Of a DNA stretch of 33,650 nucleotides, positions 32,082 through 33,650 are shown piece by piece (the first letter of the stretch is position 1; each line of letters opens with the position of its first letter). This DNA is from a virus (lineage: Duplodnaviria; Caudoviricetes). The notes under the pieces are model-generated. The model saw nothing but the letters and a program-made list of their open reading frames with translations. It had not been told where the DNA came from and made no database searches. The stretch covers positions 1 through 33,650 of IMG/VR virus record IMGVR_UViG_3300020120_000350; one strand, given 5' to 3'. The translations under genes were made by a program, and so were the position numbers.

Positions 32082-32320
32082 AAACGGAGTTGCTCCTCTC
32101 TAGTGGTTTGCTCTAGCGAAACTGACGACGGTTGCTTGCGTGGCGCGAGCGAAGGCGCAGCCGCCTTCATCGCGTCAAAAAAACAGGTTGAACAAAGTGG
32201 CCGGCGAACGCCGGTCCTGAGGTTGGTCAAGAAGGCAGACGTTTTCGCACGGCATGAAGCGCAGTTGCGTTCTTTCACCCGAGTTGAAAACGTCCACTCG
32301 AAATGATGTACAGGTTTCAT
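32075..32320 (-). CDS. Small Zn-finger protein
   Basis: CASC...CSTC; ATGA overlap. Confidence 0.65.
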   Translation of the reverse strand: MKPVHHFEWTFSTRVKERNCASCRAKTSAFLTNLRTGVRRPLCSTCFFDAMKAAAPSLAPRKQPSSVSLEQTTREEQLRLC

Positions 32321-32769
32321 ACGCTCTGCCTGTCCTCCGCGCTGGGCTCAAGCCGATCGGAGATCGCTAGCGACCACGGCCAGCAATGCCGCAGCTTGGG
32401 GTTGTAAGCTTCGCGGCGAAGATTGGTGTGCACCACCAGCTCGTGCGGATACCACCGCTGCGGGCAGGTGCAGAGCAGCGGCGCTGGCGACGCTTCGCGC
32501 CGGCACAGCTCGACCAAACACGATTTCTCATCACAAATCCGCGACGCCGGCAGCGCGTGATCCCCGTACTGGACAAACTTCACGCCGCAGATGACGCAAC
32601 GGCCGTAACGCGGTCCAGGGAACGCCACGCGCTTGTCGGTTTTAAGAGAATCGAAATCAGGCTTCTTACCGAAGTCGTGATCGCCGTCGTGAAACGCTTC
32701 AAGCACGCACTTCGGAAAGCTGCACGGCGCGGGCGGTCCCGATGGGATCAGTGCAAAGGCCGCGCTCAT
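32317..32769 (-). CDS. Cys/His-rich hypothetical protein
   Basis: C....C.L..FH.GDH, CVIC..C....C, C.C....PH....H; ATGA overlaps. Confidence 0.7.
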   Translation of the reverse strand: MSAAFALIPSGPPAPCSFPKCVLEAFHDGDHDFGKKPDFDSLKTDKRVAFPGPRYGRCVICGVKFVQYGDHALPASRICDEKSCLVELCRREASPAPLLCTCPQRWYPHELVVHTNLRREAYNPKLRHCWPWSLAISDRLEPSAEDRQSV

Positions 32770-33050
32770 AATGAGTCCTTCTCTTTTGTGACCTGGATTA
32801 CATCACCGACCAGAGATTGTGAAAATGTGACAGAAGCCAGCTTGTTAAGAGGAAGCCCGCGCAGCCGGCCTTCTTCGTTGCAGTATGCGAGCGGTTTTGC
32901 AAAAGGTACTAGCTCAATGTAGCCGCCTACATACGACTGCAGCTCCGAAAGCTGGAAAGTTTTCTTGTTGGCTGGATGTACTCTCTCAACGGTCGCTGCT
33001 CCGACCTTGTATAGCAGTCCGACTTCTGTGGTCTTGATGCGCTCAGGCAT
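32766..33050 (-). CDS. DUF3846-like protein
   Basis: F.L.ELQ..VGGYIE.V, CNEEG.L.GLP.N..A, LVGDV. Confidence 0.8.
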   Translation of the reverse strand: MPERIKTTEVGLLYKVGAATVERVHPANKKTFQLSELQSYVGGYIELVPFAKPLAYCNEEGRLRGLPLNKLASVTFSQSLVGDVIQVTKEKDSL

Positions 33051-33300
33051 GTGGCGCCGCCTTTCGCGCGACGGGGAACATCAGTACGCGGCCAGCGCGA
33101 ACAGGGAAGGGAATCGGCTGTGGTTTAGGGCGTGTCGTGCTGCCGATGCTTCGCGGGCGCCGGCGAACTAACCGCTGCGGCCGCAGCTCGCGAATGCCGT
33201 GCGCGATCGCGATTGGAATGAAGGCGCCGGCGAGAGCAAAAACGGCGTATCCGGCGATCTGCCAGAAGAAAAATTCCGGAGGCGTGAGAAGTTCTCTCAT
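33043..33300 (-). CDS. Small membrane protein
   Basis: ATG 33300 overlaps upstream TGA; TM FFFWQIAGYAVFALAGAFIPIAIA; Arg/Pro-rich tail. Confidence 0.65.
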   Translation of the reverse strand: MRELLTPPEFFFWQIAGYAVFALAGAFIPIAIAHGIRELRPQRLVRRRPRSIGSTTRPKPQPIPFPVRAGRVLMFPVARKAAPHA

Positions 33301-33650
33301 GTGTAGGCCTCCCACGCTGTTGAATCGCTGTTGGTGCGCGTGTACGGAGCCAGGCGGAGAGTTCCGCATGAAGTGCATCGCGCGACGAAGCCGCGCTCAG
33401 CGCGAAACCTTGCAATGAAGCAGCGTTCACGGTCGCAGATTTCGCAATAGCGCATCCACTCCACTGGGATGGCCATCGGCTCGACGGCGTACATCTGCTC
33501 GTAAGGGTGACGGTCGATGATGCTGTCGCATTCAGGACCGTGCTCAGGCTCGTCTGGACCTTTGCCGCAGTGAGCGCAAGGCACGAATGTCGGCAAAGCC
33601 TGCTGCAGCTCAAGCCGCAGCGAAGGGAAAGAAATCAGGCGCGCGGTCAT
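33297..33650 (-). CDS. Cys-rich (Zn-finger) hypothetical protein
   Basis: CAHC..H...C...H, CEIC...CTSC. Confidence 0.65.
   Translation of the reverse strand: MTARLISFPSLRLELQQALPTFVPCAHCGKGPDEPEHGPECDSIIDRHPYEQMYAVEPMAIPVEWMRYCEICDRERCFIARFRAERGFVARCTSCGTLRLAPYTRTNSDSTAWEAYT

Larger units (their letters stand above)
1..33650 (-). mobile_element. Partial temperate siphovirus / prophage
   Basis: Packaging, head, neck, tail and lysis modules plus tyrosine recombinase; internal cos-like site fits an integrated or circular form. Confidence 0.93.

Noticed and set aside
1-33650. Stop-codon reassignment
   Set aside because: Core genes are full length in the standard code and end in TAA, TAG and TGA

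Overview
A 33.6 kb segment of a temperate siphovirus/prophage with an HK97-type head and a GTA-like tail tip, almost all on the minus strand. In transcription order (right to left): small Zn-finger/early genes; three tandem glycosyltransferases; a cos-like site; terS, HNH, major capsid, terL, portal, ClpP-type protease (capsid gene out of its usual place); neck and tail genes with a -1 frameshift chaperone; tape measure; DUF2460/DUF2163/tail tip; two fibre-position proteins carrying Sec-type signal peptides; a lysis cassette; and a tandem-LuxR gene, a coiled-coil gene and a FimB/FimE-like tyrosine recombinase. Several small plus-strand morons with their own, apparently leaderless, promoters are inserted. 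Strongest leads: (1) a candidate virion glycosylation system (three GTs plus a Ser-Pro-Pro tag recurring five times in capsid, neck and tail-tube proteins); (2) exported, Cys-paired fibre proteins and a capsid protein with a membrane-type leader; (3) an unannotated 48-aa Zn-ribbon gene between two matching palindromic operator/promoters. No replication module, CI-type repressor, tRNA or CRISPR array is visible. All family assignments come from motif recognition by eye, not database searches.
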